A DNA stretch of 64,000 bases, from the sequence record PZ452602.1; one strand, 5' to 3'. The translations under genes and the position numbers were made by a program. Shown piece after piece: positions 22,270 through 33,830 of this stretch (its first letter is position 1; each line of letters starts with the position of its first letter). The stretch comes from a phage. Under the pieces are notes generated by a model that worked only from the letters and a program-made list of their open reading frames with translations, was not told where the DNA came from and did not search any database.

Positions 22270-25200
22270 ATGGCCGAGATTAAAAGAAAGTTCAGAGCAG
22301 AAGACGGTCTGGACGCAGGTGGCGATAAAATAATCAACGTAGCTTTAGCTGATCGTACCGTAGGAACTGACGGTGTTAACGTTGATTACTTAATTCAAGA
22401 AAACACAGTTCAACAATATGATCCAACTCGTGGATATTTAAAAGATTTTGTAATCATTTATGATAACCGCTTTTGGGCTGCTATAAATGATATTCCAAAA
22501 CCGGCAGGAGCTTTTAATAGCGGGCGCTGGAGAGCATTACGTACAGACGCAAACTGGATTACGGTTTCATCTGGTTCATATCAATTAAAATCCGGTGAAG
22601 CTATTTCGGTTAATACTGCAACTGGAAATGACATCACGTTTACTTTACCATCTTCTCCAATTGATGGAGATACTATCGTTCTCCAAGATATTGGAGGAAA
22701 ACCTGGAGTTAACCAAGTTTTAATTGTAGCTCCAGTACAAAGTATTGTAAACTTTAGAGGTGAACAAGTACGTTCAGTACTAATGACTCATCCAAAGTCA
22801 CAGCTAGTTTTAATTTTTAGTAATCGTCTGTGGCAAATGTATGTTGCTGATTATAGTAGAGAAGCTATAGTTGTAACACCAGCGAATACTTATCAAGCGC
22901 AATCCAACGATTTTATCGTGCGTAGATTTACTTCTGCCGCACCGATAAATATTAAACTTCCAAGATTTGCTAATCATGGAGATATTATTAATTTCGTCGA
23001 TTTAGATAAACTAAATCCACTTTATCATACAATTGTTACTACATACGATGAAACGACTTCAGTACAAGAAGTTGGAACTCATTCCATTGAAGGCCGTACA
23101 TCGATTGACGGTTTCTTGATGTTTGATGATAATGAGAAATTGTGGAGATTGTTTGACGGGGATAGTAAAGCGCGTTTACGCATTATAACGACTAATTCTA
23201 ATATTCGTCCAAACGAAGAAGTTATGGTATTTGGTGCGAATAACGGAACAACCCAAACAATTGAGCTTCAGCTTCCAACTAATATTTCTGTTGGTGATAC
23301 TGTTAAAATTTCCATGAATTACATGAGAAAAGGACAAACAGTTAAAATCAAAGCTGCCGGTGAAGATAAAATTGCTTCTTCAGTTCAATTACTGCAATTC
23401 CCAAAACGCTCAGAATATCCGCCTGAAGCTGAATGGGTTACAGTCCAAGAATTAGTTTTTAACGGTGAAACTAATTATGTTCCAGTTTTACAACTTGCTT
23501 ATATTGAAGATTCTGATGGAAAATATTGGGTTGTACAGCAAAACGTTCCAACTGTCGAAAGAGTAGATTCTTTAAATGATTCTACTAGAGCAAGATTAGG
23601 CGTAATTGCTTTAGCTACACAAGCTCAAGCTAACGTCGATTTAGAAAATTCTCCACAAAAAGAATTAGCAATTACTCCAGAAACATTAGCTAACCGTACT
23701 GCTACTGAAACTCGTAGAGGTATTGCAAGAATAGCAACTACTGCTCAAGTGAATCAGAACACCACATTCTCTTTTGCTGATGACCTTATCATCACTCCTA
23801 AAAAGCTGAATGAAAGAACTGCTACAGAAACTCGCAGAGGTGTCGCAGAAATTGCTACGCAGCAAGAAACTAATACAGGTACTGATGATACTACAATCAT
23901 TACTCCTAAAAAGCTTCAAGCTCGTCAAGGTTCTGAATCATTATCCGGTATTGTAACTTTTGTATCTACTGCAAGTGCTACTCCAGCTTCTAGCCGTGAA
24001 TTAAATGGTACGAATGTTTATAATAAAAACACTAATAATTTAGTTGTTTCACCTAAAGCTTTGGATCAGTATAAAGCTACTCCAACACAGCAAGGTGCAG
24101 TAATTTTAGCAGTTGAAAGTGAAGTAATTGCTGGACAAAGTCAGCAAGGATGGGCAAATGCTGTTGTAACGCCAGAAACGTTACATAAAAAGACATCAAC
24201 TGATGGAAGAATTGGTTTAATTGAAATTGCTACGCAAAGTGAAGTTAATACAGGAACTGATTATACTCGTGCAGTCACTCCTAAAACTTTAAATGACCGT
24301 AGAGCAACTGAAAGTTTAAGTGGTATAGCTGAAATTGCTACACAAGTTGAATTCGACGCAGGCGTCGACGATACTCGTATCTCTACACCCTTAAAAATTA
24401 AAACCAGATTTAATAGTACTGATCGTACTTCTGTTGTTGCTCTATCTGGATTAGTTGAATCAGGAACTCTCTGGGACCATTATACACTTAATATTCTTGA
24501 AGCAAATGAGACACAGCGTGGTACACTTCGTGTAGCTACACAAGTTGAAGCTGCTGCAGGAACATTAGATAATGTTTTAATAACTCCTAAAAAGCTTTTA
24601 GGTACTAAATCTACCGAATCACAAGAAGGTGTTATTAAAGTTGCAACTCAGTCTGAAACTGTGACTGGAGCATCAGCAAATACTGCTGTATCTCCAAAAA
24701 ATTTAAAATGGATTGTGCAGAGTGAACCTACCTGGGCAGCTACTACTGCGGTAAGAGGTTTTGTTAAAACTTCATCTGGTTCAATTACGTTCGTTGGTAA
24801 TGATACAGTCGGTTCTACCCAAGATTTAGAACTGTATGAGAAAAATAGCTATGCAATATCACCATATGAATTAAACCGTGTATTAGCAAATTATTTACCG
24901 TTAAAAGCAAAAGCTGCAGATAGTAATTTATTGGATGGTCTAGATTCATCTCAGTTCATTCGTAGGGATATTGCACAGACGGTTAATGGTTCACTAACCT
25001 TAACCCAACAAACGAATCTGAGTGCCCCTCTTGTATCATCTAGTACTGCTGCGTTTGGTGGTTCAGTTTCGGCAAATAGTACATTAACTATTTCTAATAC
25101 TGGAACGGCAACTCGTCTGATTTTTGAGAAAGGACCTCAAACTGGAACTAACCCAGCGCAGACGATGACTATCAGAGTTTGGGGAAATCAGTTTGGTGGT

Positions 25201-26139
25201 GGGTCAGATACAACACGTTCTACTGTATTTGAAGTTGGTGATGAAACATCTAATCACTTTTATTCTCAACGTAATAAAGCTGGTAATATTACGTTTAGCA
25301 TTAATGGTACTGTGATGCCAATAAATGTTAACGCTTCCGGTTCATTGAATGCGAATGGCGTAGCAACATTTGGTAGTTCAGTTACAGCCAATGGTGAATT
25401 CATTAGCAAGTCTGCAAATGCTTTCAGAGCAATAAACGGTGATTATGGATTCTTTATCAGGAATGATGGCGGCAGCACATATTTTATGCTTACTGCATCT
25501 GGTGATCAGACCGGTGGATTTAATGGATTACGTCCATTATCAATTAATAATCAATCCGGTCAAGTCACAATTGGTGAAAGCTTAATCATTGCCAAAGGTG
25601 CTACTATAAATTCAGGCGGTTTAACTGTTAACTCGAGAATTCGTTCTCAGGGTACTAAAACATCTGATTTATATACCCGTGCGCCAACATCTGATACTGT
25701 AGGATTCTGGTCAATAGATATTAACGATTCAGCCACTTATAACCAGTTCCCAGGTTATTTTAAAATGGTTGAAAAAACTAACGAAGTGACTGGACTTCCG
25801 TACTTAGAACGTGGCGAAGAAGTTAAATCTCCTGGTACACTGACACAGTTTGGTAACACACTTGATTCGCTTTACCAAGATTGGATTACTTATCCAACGA
25901 CACCAGAAGCGCGTACCACTCGCTGGACACGTACATGGCAGAAAACCAAAAACTCTTGGTCAAGTTTTGTTCAGGTATTTGACGGAGGTAACCCTCCTCA
26001 ACCATCTGATATCGGTGCTTTACCATCTGATAATGCTACAATGGGGAATCTTACTATTCGTGATTTCTTGCGAATTGGTAATGTTCGCATTGTTCCTGAC
26101 CCAGTGAATAAAACGGTTAAATTTGAATGGGTTGAATAA
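22270..26139 (+). CDS. 34: long tail fibre proximal subunit gp34
   Basis: 1289 aa; repetitive fibrous motifs (ETRRGIARIAT, RRGVAEIAT, GLIEIATQ); RBS AGGAG. Confidence 0.93.
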   Translation: MAEIKRKFRAEDGLDAGGDKIINVALADRTVGTDGVNVDYLIQENTVQQYDPTRGYLKDFVIIYDNRFWAAINDIPKPAGAFNSGRWRALRTDANWITVSSGSYQLKSGEAISVNTATGNDITFTLPSSPIDGDTIVLQDIGGKPGVNQVLIVAPVQSIVNFRGEQVRSVLMTHPKSQLVLIFSNRLWQMYVADYSREAIVVTPANTYQAQSNDFIVRRFTSAAPINIKLPRFANHGDIINFVDLDKLNPLYHTIVTTYDETTSVQEVGTHSIEGRTSIDGFLMFDDNEKLWRLFDGDSKARLRIITTNSNIRPNEEVMVFGANNGTTQTIELQLPTNISVGDTVKISMNYMRKGQTVKIKAAGEDKIASSVQLLQFPKRSEYPPEAEWVTVQELVFNGETNYVPVLQLAYIEDSDGKYWVVQQNVPTVERVDSLNDSTRARLGVIALATQAQANVDLENSPQKELAITPETLANRTATETRRGIARIATTAQVNQNTTFSFADDLIITPKKLNERTATETRRGVAEIATQQETNTGTDDTTIITPKKLQARQGSESLSGIVTFVSTASATPASSRELNGTNVYNKNTNNLVVSPKALDQYKATPTQQGAVILAVESEVIAGQSQQGWANAVVTPETLHKKTSTDGRIGLIEIATQSEVNTGTDYTRAVTPKTLNDRRATESLSGIAEIATQVEFDAGVDDTRISTPLKIKTRFNSTDRTSVVALSGLVESGTLWDHYTLNILEANETQRGTLRVATQVEAAAGTLDNVLITPKKLLGTKSTESQEGVIKVATQSETVTGASANTAVSPKNLKWIVQSEPTWAATTAVRGFVKTSSGSITFVGNDTVGSTQDLELYEKNSYAISPYELNRVLANYLPLKAKAADSNLLDGLDSSQFIRRDIAQTVNGSLTLTQQTNLSAPLVSSSTAAFGGSVSANSTLTISNTGTATRLIFEKGPQTGTNPAQTMTIRVWGNQFGGGSDTTRSTVFEVGDETSNHFYSQRNKAGNITFSINGTVMPINVNASGSLNANGVATFGSSVTANGEFISKSANAFRAINGDYGFFIRNDGGSTYFMLTASGDQTGGFNGLRPLSINNQSGQVTIGESLIIAKGATINSGGLTVNSRIRSQGTKTSDLYTRAPTSDTVGFWSIDINDSATYNQFPGYFKMVEKTNEVTGLPYLERGEEVKSPGTLTQFGNTLDSLYQDWITYPTTPEARTTRWTRTWQKTKNSWSSFVQVFDGGNPPQPSDIGALPSDNATMGNLTIRDFLRIGNVRIVPDPVNKTVKFEWVE

Positions 26140-26147
26140 GAGGTATT

Positions 26148-27263
26148 ATGGAAAAATTTATGGCAGAGTTTGGACAAGGATATGTCCAAACGCCATTTTT
26201 ATCGGAAAGCAATTCAGTAAGATATAAAATAAGCATAGCGGGTTCTTGCCCGCTTTCTACAGCAGGACCATACGTTAAATTTCAGGATAATCCTGTCGGA
26301 AGTCAAACATTTAGCGCAGGACTTCATTTAAGAGTTTTTGACCCTTCCACCGGAGCATTAGTTGATAGTAAGTCATATGCTTTTTCGACTTCAAATGATA
26401 CAACATCTGCTGCTTTTGTTAGTTTCATGAATTCTTTGACGAATAATCGAATTGTTGCTATATTAACTAACGGAAAGGTTAATTTTCCTCCTGAAGTAGT
26501 ATCTTGGTTAAGAACCGCCGGAACGTCTGCTTTTCCATCTGATTCTATATTGTCAAGATTTGACGTATCATATGCTGCCTTTTATACTTCTTCTAAAAGA
26601 GCTATTGCATTAGAACATGTTAAACTGAGTAATAGAAAAAGCACAGATGATTATCAAACTATTTTAGATGTTGTATTTGACAGTTTAGAAGACGTTGGAG
26701 CTACCGGGTTTCCAAGAAGAACGTATGAAAGCGTTGAGCAATTCATGTCAGCGGTTGGTGGAACTAATAACGAAATTGCGCGTCTACCAACTTCAGCTAC
26801 TATAAGTAAATTATCTGATTATAATTTAATTCCTGGCGATGTTCTTTATCTTAAAGCTCAGTTATATGCTGATGCCGATTTACTTGCTCTTGGAACTACA
26901 AATATATCTATCCGTTTTTATAATGCATCAAATGGATATATTTCCTCGACACAAGCTGAATTTACCGGACAAGCTGGGTCATGGGAATTAAAGGAAGATT
27001 ATGTAGTTGTTCCAGAAAATGCAGTAGGATTTACGATATATGCACAAAGAACTGCTAAAGCTGGCCAAGGTGGCATGAGAAATTTAAGCTTTTCTGAAGT
27101 ATCAAGAAATGGCGGAATTTCAAAACCTGCTGAATTTGGCGTCAACGGTATTCGTGTTAATTATATCTGTGAATCTGCTTCACCTCCAGATATAATGGTA
27201 CTTCCTACACAAGCATCGTCTAAAACTGGTAAAGTGTTTGGACAAGAATTTAGAGAAGTTTAA
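26148..27263 (+). CDS. 35: long tail fibre hinge connector gp35
   Basis: 371 aa, immediately downstream of 34. Confidence 0.85.
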   Translation: MEKFMAEFGQGYVQTPFLSESNSVRYKISIAGSCPLSTAGPYVKFQDNPVGSQTFSAGLHLRVFDPSTGALVDSKSYAFSTSNDTTSAAFVSFMNSLTNNRIVAILTNGKVNFPPEVVSWLRTAGTSAFPSDSILSRFDVSYAAFYTSSKRAIALEHVKLSNRKSTDDYQTILDVVFDSLEDVGATGFPRRTYESVEQFMSAVGGTNNEIARLPTSATISKLSDYNLIPGDVLYLKAQLYADADLLALGTTNISIRFYNASNGYISSTQAEFTGQAGSWELKEDYVVVPENAVGFTIYAQRTAKAGQGGMRNLSFSEVSRNGGISKPAEFGVNGIRVNYICESASPPDIMVLPTQASSKTGKVFGQEFREV

Positions 27264-27267
27264 ATTG

Positions 27268-27292
27268 AGGGAGCCTTCGGGTTCCCTTTTTC
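27268..27292 (+). terminator. Hairpin (UUCG loop) plus U-tract after gene 35
   Basis: GGGAGCC-UUCG-GGUUCCC followed by UUUUUCUUU. Confidence 0.45.
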
Positions 27293-27294
27293 TT

Positions 27295-27302
27295 TATAAA
27301 TA
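27295..27302 (+). promoter_or_regulatory. late promoter TATAAATA for genes 36-37
   Basis: Exact TATAAATA 24 nt upstream of gene 36 ATG. Confidence 0.7.
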
Positions 27303-27325
27303 CTATTAAAATAAAGGGGCATACA

Positions 27326-27982
27326 ATGGCTGATTTAAAAGTAGGTTCAACAACCGGAGGCTCTGTCATTTGGCATCAAGGAAATTTTCCATTGAATCCA
27401 GCCGGTGACGATGTACTCTATAAATCATTTAAAATATATTCAGAATATAATAAACCACAAGCTGCTGATAACGATTTCGTTTCTAAAGCTAATGGCGGTA
27501 CTTATTTAAATAAAGTAATTTTTAATAAAGGAATGACTGTTCCTGGCGCAGGGTCAGGTGATAATGGTATTTTTGCTGGTCCTGGTGATAGTGCCACGTA
27601 TGATACTACAAATATGGATATTGTTTCGTGGTATGGTATTGGTTTTAAATCATCACAAGGAACAGCAGGTAGAACTGTAGTAATTAACACACGAAATGGA
27701 GATATTAGCTCAAAGGGCGTAATTGAAGCATCACAAATCCGTGTAACTTCGTTATCACCAGTAAATAATTATGACCTTACGCGGAAAGATTATGTTGATG
27801 GAGCAATAAATATTGTTACAGCAAACGCAAACTCTAGGGTATTACGCTCTGGAGACACTATGACAGGAAATTTAACTGCGCCAAACCTTTTTTCACAGAA
27901 TCCTGCATCTCAACCCTCGCATGTTCCACGATTTGACCAAATTGTTATTAAGGATTCTGTTCAAGATTTCGGCTATTATTAA
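27326..27982 (+). CDS. 36: long tail fibre distal connector gp36
   Basis: 218 aa; position between 35 and 37. Confidence 0.85.
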   Translation: MADLKVGSTTGGSVIWHQGNFPLNPAGDDVLYKSFKIYSEYNKPQAADNDFVSKANGGTYLNKVIFNKGMTVPGAGSGDNGIFAGPGDSATYDTTNMDIVSWYGIGFKSSQGTAGRTVVINTRNGDISSKGVIEASQIRVTSLSPVNNYDLTRKDYVDGAINIVTANANSRVLRSGDTMTGNLTAPNLFSQNPASQPSHVPRFDQIVIKDSVQDFGYY

Positions 27983-27990
27983 GAGGACTT

Positions 27991-30900
27991 ATGGCTACTT
28001 TAAAACAAATACAATTTAAAAGAAGCAAAACTGCAGGAGCACGTCCTGCCGCTTCAGTATTAGCCGAAGGTGAATTGGCTATAAACTTAAAAGACCGTGT
28101 ACTTTTTACTAAAGATGACCAAGGAAATATTATTGATCTGGGTTTTGCTAAAGGCGGTAGTATTGACGGGAATGTTATTCATACAGGCAATTATAACCAA
28201 ACTGGCGATTATACTTTAAATGGCGTCTTCACTCAGACTGGTAATTTTAATTTAACTGGTATTGCTCGAGTAACTCGCGATATTATTGCCGCTGGGCAGA
28301 TTATGACTGAAGGCGGAGAACTTATTACAAAAAGTTCAGGTACAGCGCATGTTCGTTTTTTCGATAACAATAGTCGCGAACGCGGAATCATTTATGCCCC
28401 GGCTAATGATGGTTTAACTACACAAGTACTTAATATCAGGGTTCAAGACTACGCCGCTGGTAGCGAAAGCACTTATGCATTTTCAGGCAGTGGACTATTT
28501 ACTTCACCTGAAGTATCAGCATGGAAATCTATTTCGTCTCCACAAATTCTAACCAACAAAGTCATTACTAATAATAAATCTACGGGTGATTATGACATCT
28601 ATTCGATGGCAGACAATGTTCCATTGTCTGAAAGCACTACTGCTATTAATCATCTTCGTGTCATGCGTAATGCCGTTGGTTCTGGTATTTTCCATGAAGT
28701 TAAAGATAATGATGGAATAACTTGGTATGCAGGTGATGGACTTGACACCTATCTTTGGTCATTTACTTGGAGCGGCGGAATTAAATCAAGTCACTCAATT
28801 TCTATTGGTTTAACACCTGGTAATAAAGATTATTCAATATTAGGATCGTCTAGTATCGCTTTAGGAGATAATGATACTGGATTTAAATGGCATCAAGATG
28901 GATATTATTTTAGCGTTAATAATGGAACAAAAACGTTTTTATTTAGTCCTAGCGAAACAACTAGCCTAAGAAAATTTGTAGCTGGATATTCTACTAACGG
29001 AACCGATTTAACTACTCCTCCAACTGAAAATTATGCTCTTGCTACTGTCGTGACATATCACGATAATAACGCGTTTGGAGATGGTCAGACTCTTTTAGGA
29101 TATTATCAAGGCGGTAACTATCATCATTATTTCCGCGGCAAGGGTACTACAAACATTAATACTCACGGCGGTTTGTTAGTTACTCCTGGTAATATTGACG
29201 TTATTGGTGGTTCTGTTAATATTGATGGTCGTAATAATTCTTCTACGCTGATGTTTAGAGGTAACACAACAGGTAGTAGTTCTGTGGATAACATGACAAT
29301 TTCTGTGTGGGGTAATACATTTATTAATCCTAGCGAAGGTAATCGCAAAAATGTCATGGAAATTTCTGATGCAACTAGCTGGATGAGTTATATTCAACGA
29401 ACAACTGCAGGTAAAGTCGAATCGGTTATAAATGGCACCCAGATTGTTAATGAAAACTTGACAGTAGTAAAAAATGCTACATTTGACGGTACAATCAGCG
29501 CAGCCGGTGAAATCGCGACAAATGCTGTAAATGGTCTTCGCATTTGGAATGCAGATTATGGAGCCATTTTTAGACGTTCAGAAGGCAGTCTTCATATTAT
29601 TCCAACTGCTTACGGTGAAGGTAAACACGGCGATATCGGTCCACTTCGCCCGTTTAGTATGGCTTTAGATACTGGTAAAGTTACTATTCCAGATTTACAA
29701 TCAAGTTACAATACGTTCGCAGCAAATGGCTATATTAAATTTGTTGGTCATGGAGCTGGGGCTGGAGGTTATGACATTCAATATGCTCAAGCGGCTCCTA
29801 TTTTCCAGGAAATTGATGATGATGCTGTAAGCAAATATTATCCTATTGTTAAACAGAAGTTTTTAAACAGTAAAGCTGTTTGGTCTTTAGGTACTGAAAT
29901 TAATTCAGGTACATTCGTTATTCATCATCTGAAAGAAGATGGATCACAGGGCCATACATCAAGATTTAATGCTGATGGTACAGTTAATTTCCCCGATAAC
30001 GTTCAGGTCGGCGGCGGTGAAGCTACTATTGCTCGCAATGGTAATATTTTCTCAGATATTTGGAAATCGTTTACTTCTGCGGGAGACACTACAAATATTC
30101 GTGATGCAATAGCTACTCGTGTTGCCAAAGAAGGCGATACGATGACCGGTAGGTTGACTTTATCTGCTGGAAATGATGCCCTTGTTTTAACTGCGGGCGC
30201 TGGCGCTTCATCGCACATCCGTAGTGATGTAGGTGGTACAAATAATTGGTATATAGGCAAAGGCGGCGGCGACAATGGTCTAGGTTTTTACAGTTACATT
30301 ACACAAGGCGGTGTATACATAACAAATAACGGCGAAATAGCGCTTTCTCCTCAAGGACAAGGAACATTTAATTTTAATAGAGACCGCCTTCATATAAACG
30401 GTACACAATGGACTGCGCACCAGGGTGGTGGCTGGGGAAACCAATGGAATCAAGAAGCTCCGATATTTATAGATTTTGGTAATGTTGGTAATGATAGTTA
30501 TTATCCTATTATTAAAGGAAAATCTGGTATTACTAATGAAGGATACATATCTGGCGTTGATTTTGGTATGCGACGCATTACTAATAACTGGGCGCAAGGT
30601 ATTATTCGTGTAGGTAACCAGGAAAATGGTTCTGATCCACAAGCTATCTATGAATTTCATCACAATGGAGTTCTGCATGTTCCTAACATGGTTAAAACTG
30701 GAGCAAGATTATCAGCTGGCGGTGGTGACCCGGTGTGGCAAGGCGCATGCGTTGTTATTGGTGATAATGATACTGGATTAGTTCATGGTGGTGATGGACG
30801 AATTAATATGGTTGCAAATGGAGTTCATATTGCTTCGTGGTCTTCATCTTATCATTCTCATCCAGGCCTTTGGGATTCAAACGGAGCTTTGTGGACAGAA

Positions 30901-31320
30901 GTTGGCAAAGCAATTATTTCTCATGGTCATTTAGTTCAGGCGAATGACAGCTATTCAACGTTTGTCCGTGATGTTTATGTCCGCTCTGATATTCGTGTTA
31001 AAAAAGACCTCGTTAAATTTGAAAATGCTTCTGAGAAGCTTTCTAAAATTAACGGTTACACTTATATGCAGAAGCGAGGCCTAGATGAAGAAGGCAATCA
31101 GAAATGGGAACCTAACGCCGGTTTGATAGCTCAAGAAGTTCAAGCTATTTTGCCTGAATTAGTTGAAGGTGACCCTGATGGCGAAGCTTTACTTCGTTTG
31201 AACTATAACGGTGTAATTGGTTTAAATACAGCTGCAATCAATGAGCATACTGCAGAAATTGCGGAACTTAAATCAGAAATTGAAGAACTTAAAGCATTAG
31301 TTAAATCATTGTTAAAATAA
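27991..31320 (+). CDS. 37: long tail fibre distal subunit gp37 with C-terminal intramolecular-chaperone-like domain
   Basis: 1109 aa; C-terminal about 110 aa (DIRVKKDL...[10 protein letters not shown]...[15 protein letters not shown]...coiled coil) resembles auto-cleaved chaperone domains of other phage fibres. Confidence 0.9.
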   Translation: MATLKQIQFKRSKTAGARPAASVLAEGELAINLKDRVLFTKDDQGNIIDLGFAKGGSIDGNVIHTGNYNQTGDYTLNGVFTQTGNFNLTGIARVTRDIIAAGQIMTEGGELITKSSGTAHVRFFDNNSRERGIIYAPANDGLTTQVLNIRVQDYAAGSESTYAFSGSGLFTSPEVSAWKSISSPQILTNKVITNNKSTGDYDIYSMADNVPLSESTTAINHLRVMRNAVGSGIFHEVKDNDGITWYAGDGLDTYLWSFTWSGGIKSSHSISIGLTPGNKDYSILGSSSIALGDNDTGFKWHQDGYYFSVNNGTKTFLFSPSETTSLRKFVAGYSTNGTDLTTPPTENYALATVVTYHDNNAFGDGQTLLGYYQGGNYHHYFRGKGTTNINTHGGLLVTPGNIDVIGGSVNIDGRNNSSTLMFRGNTTGSSSVDNMTISVWGNTFINPSEGNRKNVMEISDATSWMSYIQRTTAGKVESVINGTQIVNENLTVVKNATFDGTISAAGEIATNAVNGLRIWNADYGAIFRRSEGSLHIIPTAYGEGKHGDIGPLRPFSMALDTGKVTIPDLQSSYNTFAANGYIKFVGHGAGAGGYDIQYAQAAPIFQEIDDDAVSKYYPIVKQKFLNSKAVWSLGTEINSGTFVIHHLKEDGSQGHTSRFNADGTVNFPDNVQVGGGEATIARNGNIFSDIWKSFTSAGDTTNIRDAIATRVAKEGDTMTGRLTLSAGNDALVLTAGAGASSHIRSDVGGTNNWYIGKGGGDNGLGFYSYITQGGVYITNNGEIALSPQGQGTFNFNRDRLHINGTQWTAHQGGGWGNQWNQEAPIFIDFGNVGNDSYYPIIKGKSGITNEGYISGVDFGMRRITNNWAQGIIRVGNQENGSDPQAIYEFHHNGVLHVPNMVKTGARLSAGGGDPVWQGACVVIGDNDTGLVHGGDGRINMVANGVHIASWSSSYHSHPGLWDSNGALWTEVGKAIISHGHLVQANDSYSTFVRDVYVRSDIRVKKDLVKFENASEKLSKINGYTYMQKRGLDEEGNQKWEPNAGLIAQEVQAILPELVEGDPDGEALLRLNYNGVIGLNTAAINEHTAEIAELKSEIEELKALVKSLLK

Positions 31321-31324
31321 TAAG

Positions 31325-31340
31325 AGGGGCTTCGGCCCCT
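31325..31340 (+). other. Stable RNA hairpin AGGGGC-UUCG-GCCCCU between genes 37 and 38
   Basis: Perfect stem with UUCG tetraloop, not followed by a U-tract; lies just 5' of the gene 38 RBS. Confidence 0.5.
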
Positions 31341-31351
31341 TGGAGGTTTAT

Positions 31352-32128
31352 ATGGCAGTAACAGGACCGTGGGTAGGATCGTCTGCAGTAGTTAATACAG
31401 GACAAAATTGGATGTCCAGCGCGGCCCAACGATTAAGAATGGGTACTCCATTTTGGATGAGTAATATGATAGGTCGATCTGTTGAAGTAATTCATACACT
31501 TGGAGCAGATCATAACTTCAATGGTCAATGGTTCCGAGATAGATGTTTTGAGGCAGGTAGTGCACCTATAGTGTTTAATATCACTGGAGATTTAGTATCA
31601 TATTCTAAAGATGTTCCTTTATTCTTCATGTATGGAGATACACCGAATGAATATGTTCAGTTGAATATACACGGCGTAACGATGTATGGACGTGGCGGTA
31701 ATGGCGGTAGCAATAGTCCTGGTTCAGCTGGAGGTCATTGTATTCAAAACGATATTGGTGGGAGACTAAGAATTAATAATGGTGGAGCTATTGCTGGAGG
31801 TGGCGGCGGTGGCGGCGGCGGATATTATTCTCCTTTTTCACAAATGAGATTGACTTTTGGAGGTGGCGGCGGGCGTCCGTTTGGCGCACCGGGCGGATCT
31901 ATTGATATGCAATCAGGAGCAACTGCTGGTACTATTTCTGCGCCTGGCGCAGGGTCTGTGAACGGTATCTATAGCGGCGGTGGCGGTGGCGAAGTTGGCT
32001 CCGCAGGAGGTAGATGTAATATTCGTGGTCAAGGATCTGAATACGATGGCGGAGCTGCTGGTTATGCCGTCATAGGGTCTACACCGACATGGCAAAACGT
32101 TGGAGCAATATATGGTCCAAGAGTATAA
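31352..32128 (+). CDS. 38: T2-type receptor-recognising adhesin gp38 with glycine-rich motifs
   Basis: Protein from [11 protein letters not shown] with poly-Gly islands (GGGGGGGGG, GGGGG, GGGGG); RBS GGAGG 5 nt upstream of ATG at 31352; the track start at 31340 is a TTG. Confidence 0.85.
   Translation: MAVTGPWVGSSAVVNTGQNWMSSAAQRLRMGTPFWMSNMIGRSVEVIHTLGADHNFNGQWFRDRCFEAGSAPIVFNITGDLVSYSKDVPLFFMYGDTPNEYVQLNIHGVTMYGRGGNGGSNSPGSAGGHCIQNDIGGRLRINNGGAIAGGGGGGGGGYYSPFSQMRLTFGGGGGRPFGAPGGSIDMQSGATAGTISAPGAGSVNGIYSGGGGGEVGSAGGRCNIRGQGSEYDGGAAGYAVIGSTPTWQNVGAIYGPRV
31796..31822 (+). repeat. GGN triplet repeat encoding a 9-residue glycine run in gp38
   Basis: ggaggtggcggcggtggcggcggcgga; GC-rich in an AT-rich genome. 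Confidence 0.7.
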
Positions 32129-32158
32129 TTTGAATAAATATCCTTAAAAGGAGGGTCT

Positions 32159-32815
32159 ATGGCAGCACCTAGAATATCATTTTCGCCCTCTGATATTCTG
32201 TTGGGTGTTCTAGATCGCTTGTTCAAAGATAACGCTACCGGGAAAGTTCTTGCTTCCCGGGTAGCTGTCGTAATTCTTTTATTTATGATGGCGATTGTTT
32301 GGTATAGGGGAGATAGTTTCTTTGAGTACTATAAGCAATCAAAGTATGAAACATACAGTGAAATTATTGAAAAGGAAAGAAATGCACGCTTTGAATCTGT
32401 CGCCCTGGAACAACTCCAGATAGTTCATATATCATCTGAGGCAGACTTTAGTGCGGTGTATTCTTTCCGCCCTAAAAACTTAAACTATTTTGTTGATATT
32501 ATAGCATACGAAGGAAGATTACCTTCAACAATAACTGAAAAATCACTTGGAGGATATCCTGTTGATAAAACTATGGATGAATATACAGTTCATTTAAATG
32601 GACGTCATTATTATTCCAACTCAAAATTTGCTTTTTTACCAACTAAAAAGCCTACTCCCGAAATAAACTACATGTACAGTTGTCCATATTTTAATTTGGA
32701 TAATATCTATGCTGGAACGATAACCATGTACTGGTATAGAAATGATCATATAAGTAATGACCGCCTTGAATCAATATGTGCTCAGGCGGCCAGAATATTA
32801 GGAAGGGCTAAATAA
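32159..32815 (+). CDS. t: holin t
   Basis: 218 aa; sequence MAAPRISFSPSDIL... with a single N-terminal TM matches recalled T4 holin T. Confidence 0.9.
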   Translation: MAAPRISFSPSDILLGVLDRLFKDNATGKVLASRVAVVILLFMMAIVWYRGDSFFEYYKQSKYETYSEIIEKERNARFESVALEQLQIVHISSEADFSAVYSFRPKNLNYFVDIIAYEGRLPSTITEKSLGGYPVDKTMDEYTVHLNGRHYYSNSKFAFLPTKKPTPEINYMYSCPYFNLDNIYAGTITMYWYRNDHISNDRLESICAQAARILGRAK

Positions 32816-33088
32816 TTATTTGTTCGTATACATCTCTAGATATCGATATACACCCTCAAAACCCTCGTTGAATTCGTCGATGAGGGTTTTCTTATCTTCT
32901 TGGGTTAATTCAGAAACAATTTTACGGAATGAATTCTGATTTAATTTTCTACCTTCATGCGTTACTCCAATCTCATTTAGAAATGCAATAAAATTAGCAC
33001 GATTCTCAACAATATCTTCTCTGGAAAATTTAATCAAAATAGACGCAACAGTAATAATTTCACGAACTGTATCAATGTTTTTATTCAT
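32816..33088 (-). CDS. asiA: anti-sigma70 factor AsiA
   Basis: 90 aa, MNKNIDTVREIITVASILIKFSRED... matches recalled T4 AsiA. Confidence 0.88.
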   Translation of the reverse strand: MNKNIDTVREIITVASILIKFSREDIVENRANFIAFLNEIGVTHEGRKLNQNSFRKIVSELTQEDKKTLIDEFNEGFEGVYRYLEMYTNK

Positions 33089-33249
33089 TAACTATACCAC
33101 TCAATTAGTTGACTTTGTTATAATATCATCAGACGCTTGATTTGTAAACTGGTCTGTGTTATTTTCTTCAAAAATTTTTTCTACGAATTCCTTGAACGAC
33201 TCGCGTTCCTGAGCTGCATTATGCTCGATTACCTTTTCAAGATTATGAC

Positions 33250-33528
33250 TCATTCGAAATAATCTTCAATTTCGTAATCATGGACGTAAATCATTATAGT
33301 TTTTAATATATCATCAATACTTTTTCCTGGAGTTGGAATTACGTAAAAATATCCTGCTTTTGAGAGGTCTTTATAAGTTCCAACCAAGAAATCATTATTC
33401 TCGAGATGTAATTCTTCAACTAATTCATTAACAATTGAATGGTATAAATTTGGTAGAAACTTATATAGCTTTTCTAGAATATCAATTTTGATTGTATATT
33501 GAACCACAGATTGAGAATCAATAATCAT
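33250..33528 (-). CDS. hypothetical protein, 92 aa, Arn-like by size and position
   Basis: 92 aa acidic protein directly after asiA as T4 Arn; assignment by position/length only. Confidence 0.55.
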   Translation of the reverse strand: MIIDSQSVVQYTIKIDILEKLYKFLPNLYHSIVNELVEELHLENNDFLVGTYKDLSKAGYFYVIPTPGKSIDDILKTIMIYVHDYEIEDYFE

Positions 33529-33611
33529 AGACCTTCCCCTTATGTTTCTGTTTGCGATTAGATTCTTTAAACGCTTTCTTCTTATCTTTATGGACAGAAG
33601 CTTTATTAAAA

Positions 33612-33830
33612 TTATGTTTTGCGACTAAATTGTTCATAATTCTGAATTACCTCTCTTAAACATTTGCATGTGAATGAAAACTTTTTAGCTACACCACATT
33701 CAAATATATGTTCTCTTAAATCACGTGTGTCAGTATATCCCATCTCAACGATAAAATGCCGTATTAGATTTTTATCTTTATCATTGAGAGAATTAAAATA
33801 GTCAGATTTTGAATTAATTTCCCTGGCCAA
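33612..33830 (-). CDS. hypothetical protein (72 aa)
   Basis: Track ORF. Confidence 0.45.
   Translation of the reverse strand: MAREINSKSDYFNSLNDKDKNLIRHFIVEMGYTDTRDLREHIFECGVAKKFSFTCKCLREVIQNYEQFSRKT

Noticed and set aside
22270-31320. Antisense ORFs inside tail-fibre genes (e.g. 23686-23928, 29163-29397, 30003-30275, 30280-30678)
   Set aside because: Fully contained on the opposite strand of long coding genes with clear identity; no RBS or promoter support.
31340-31351. ORF-track start of gene 38 at 31340 (MEVYM...)
   Set aside because: The codon at 31340 is TTG; an ATG at 31352 with GGAGG 5 nt upstream is a far better start, and the TTG lies inside the UUCG hairpin.
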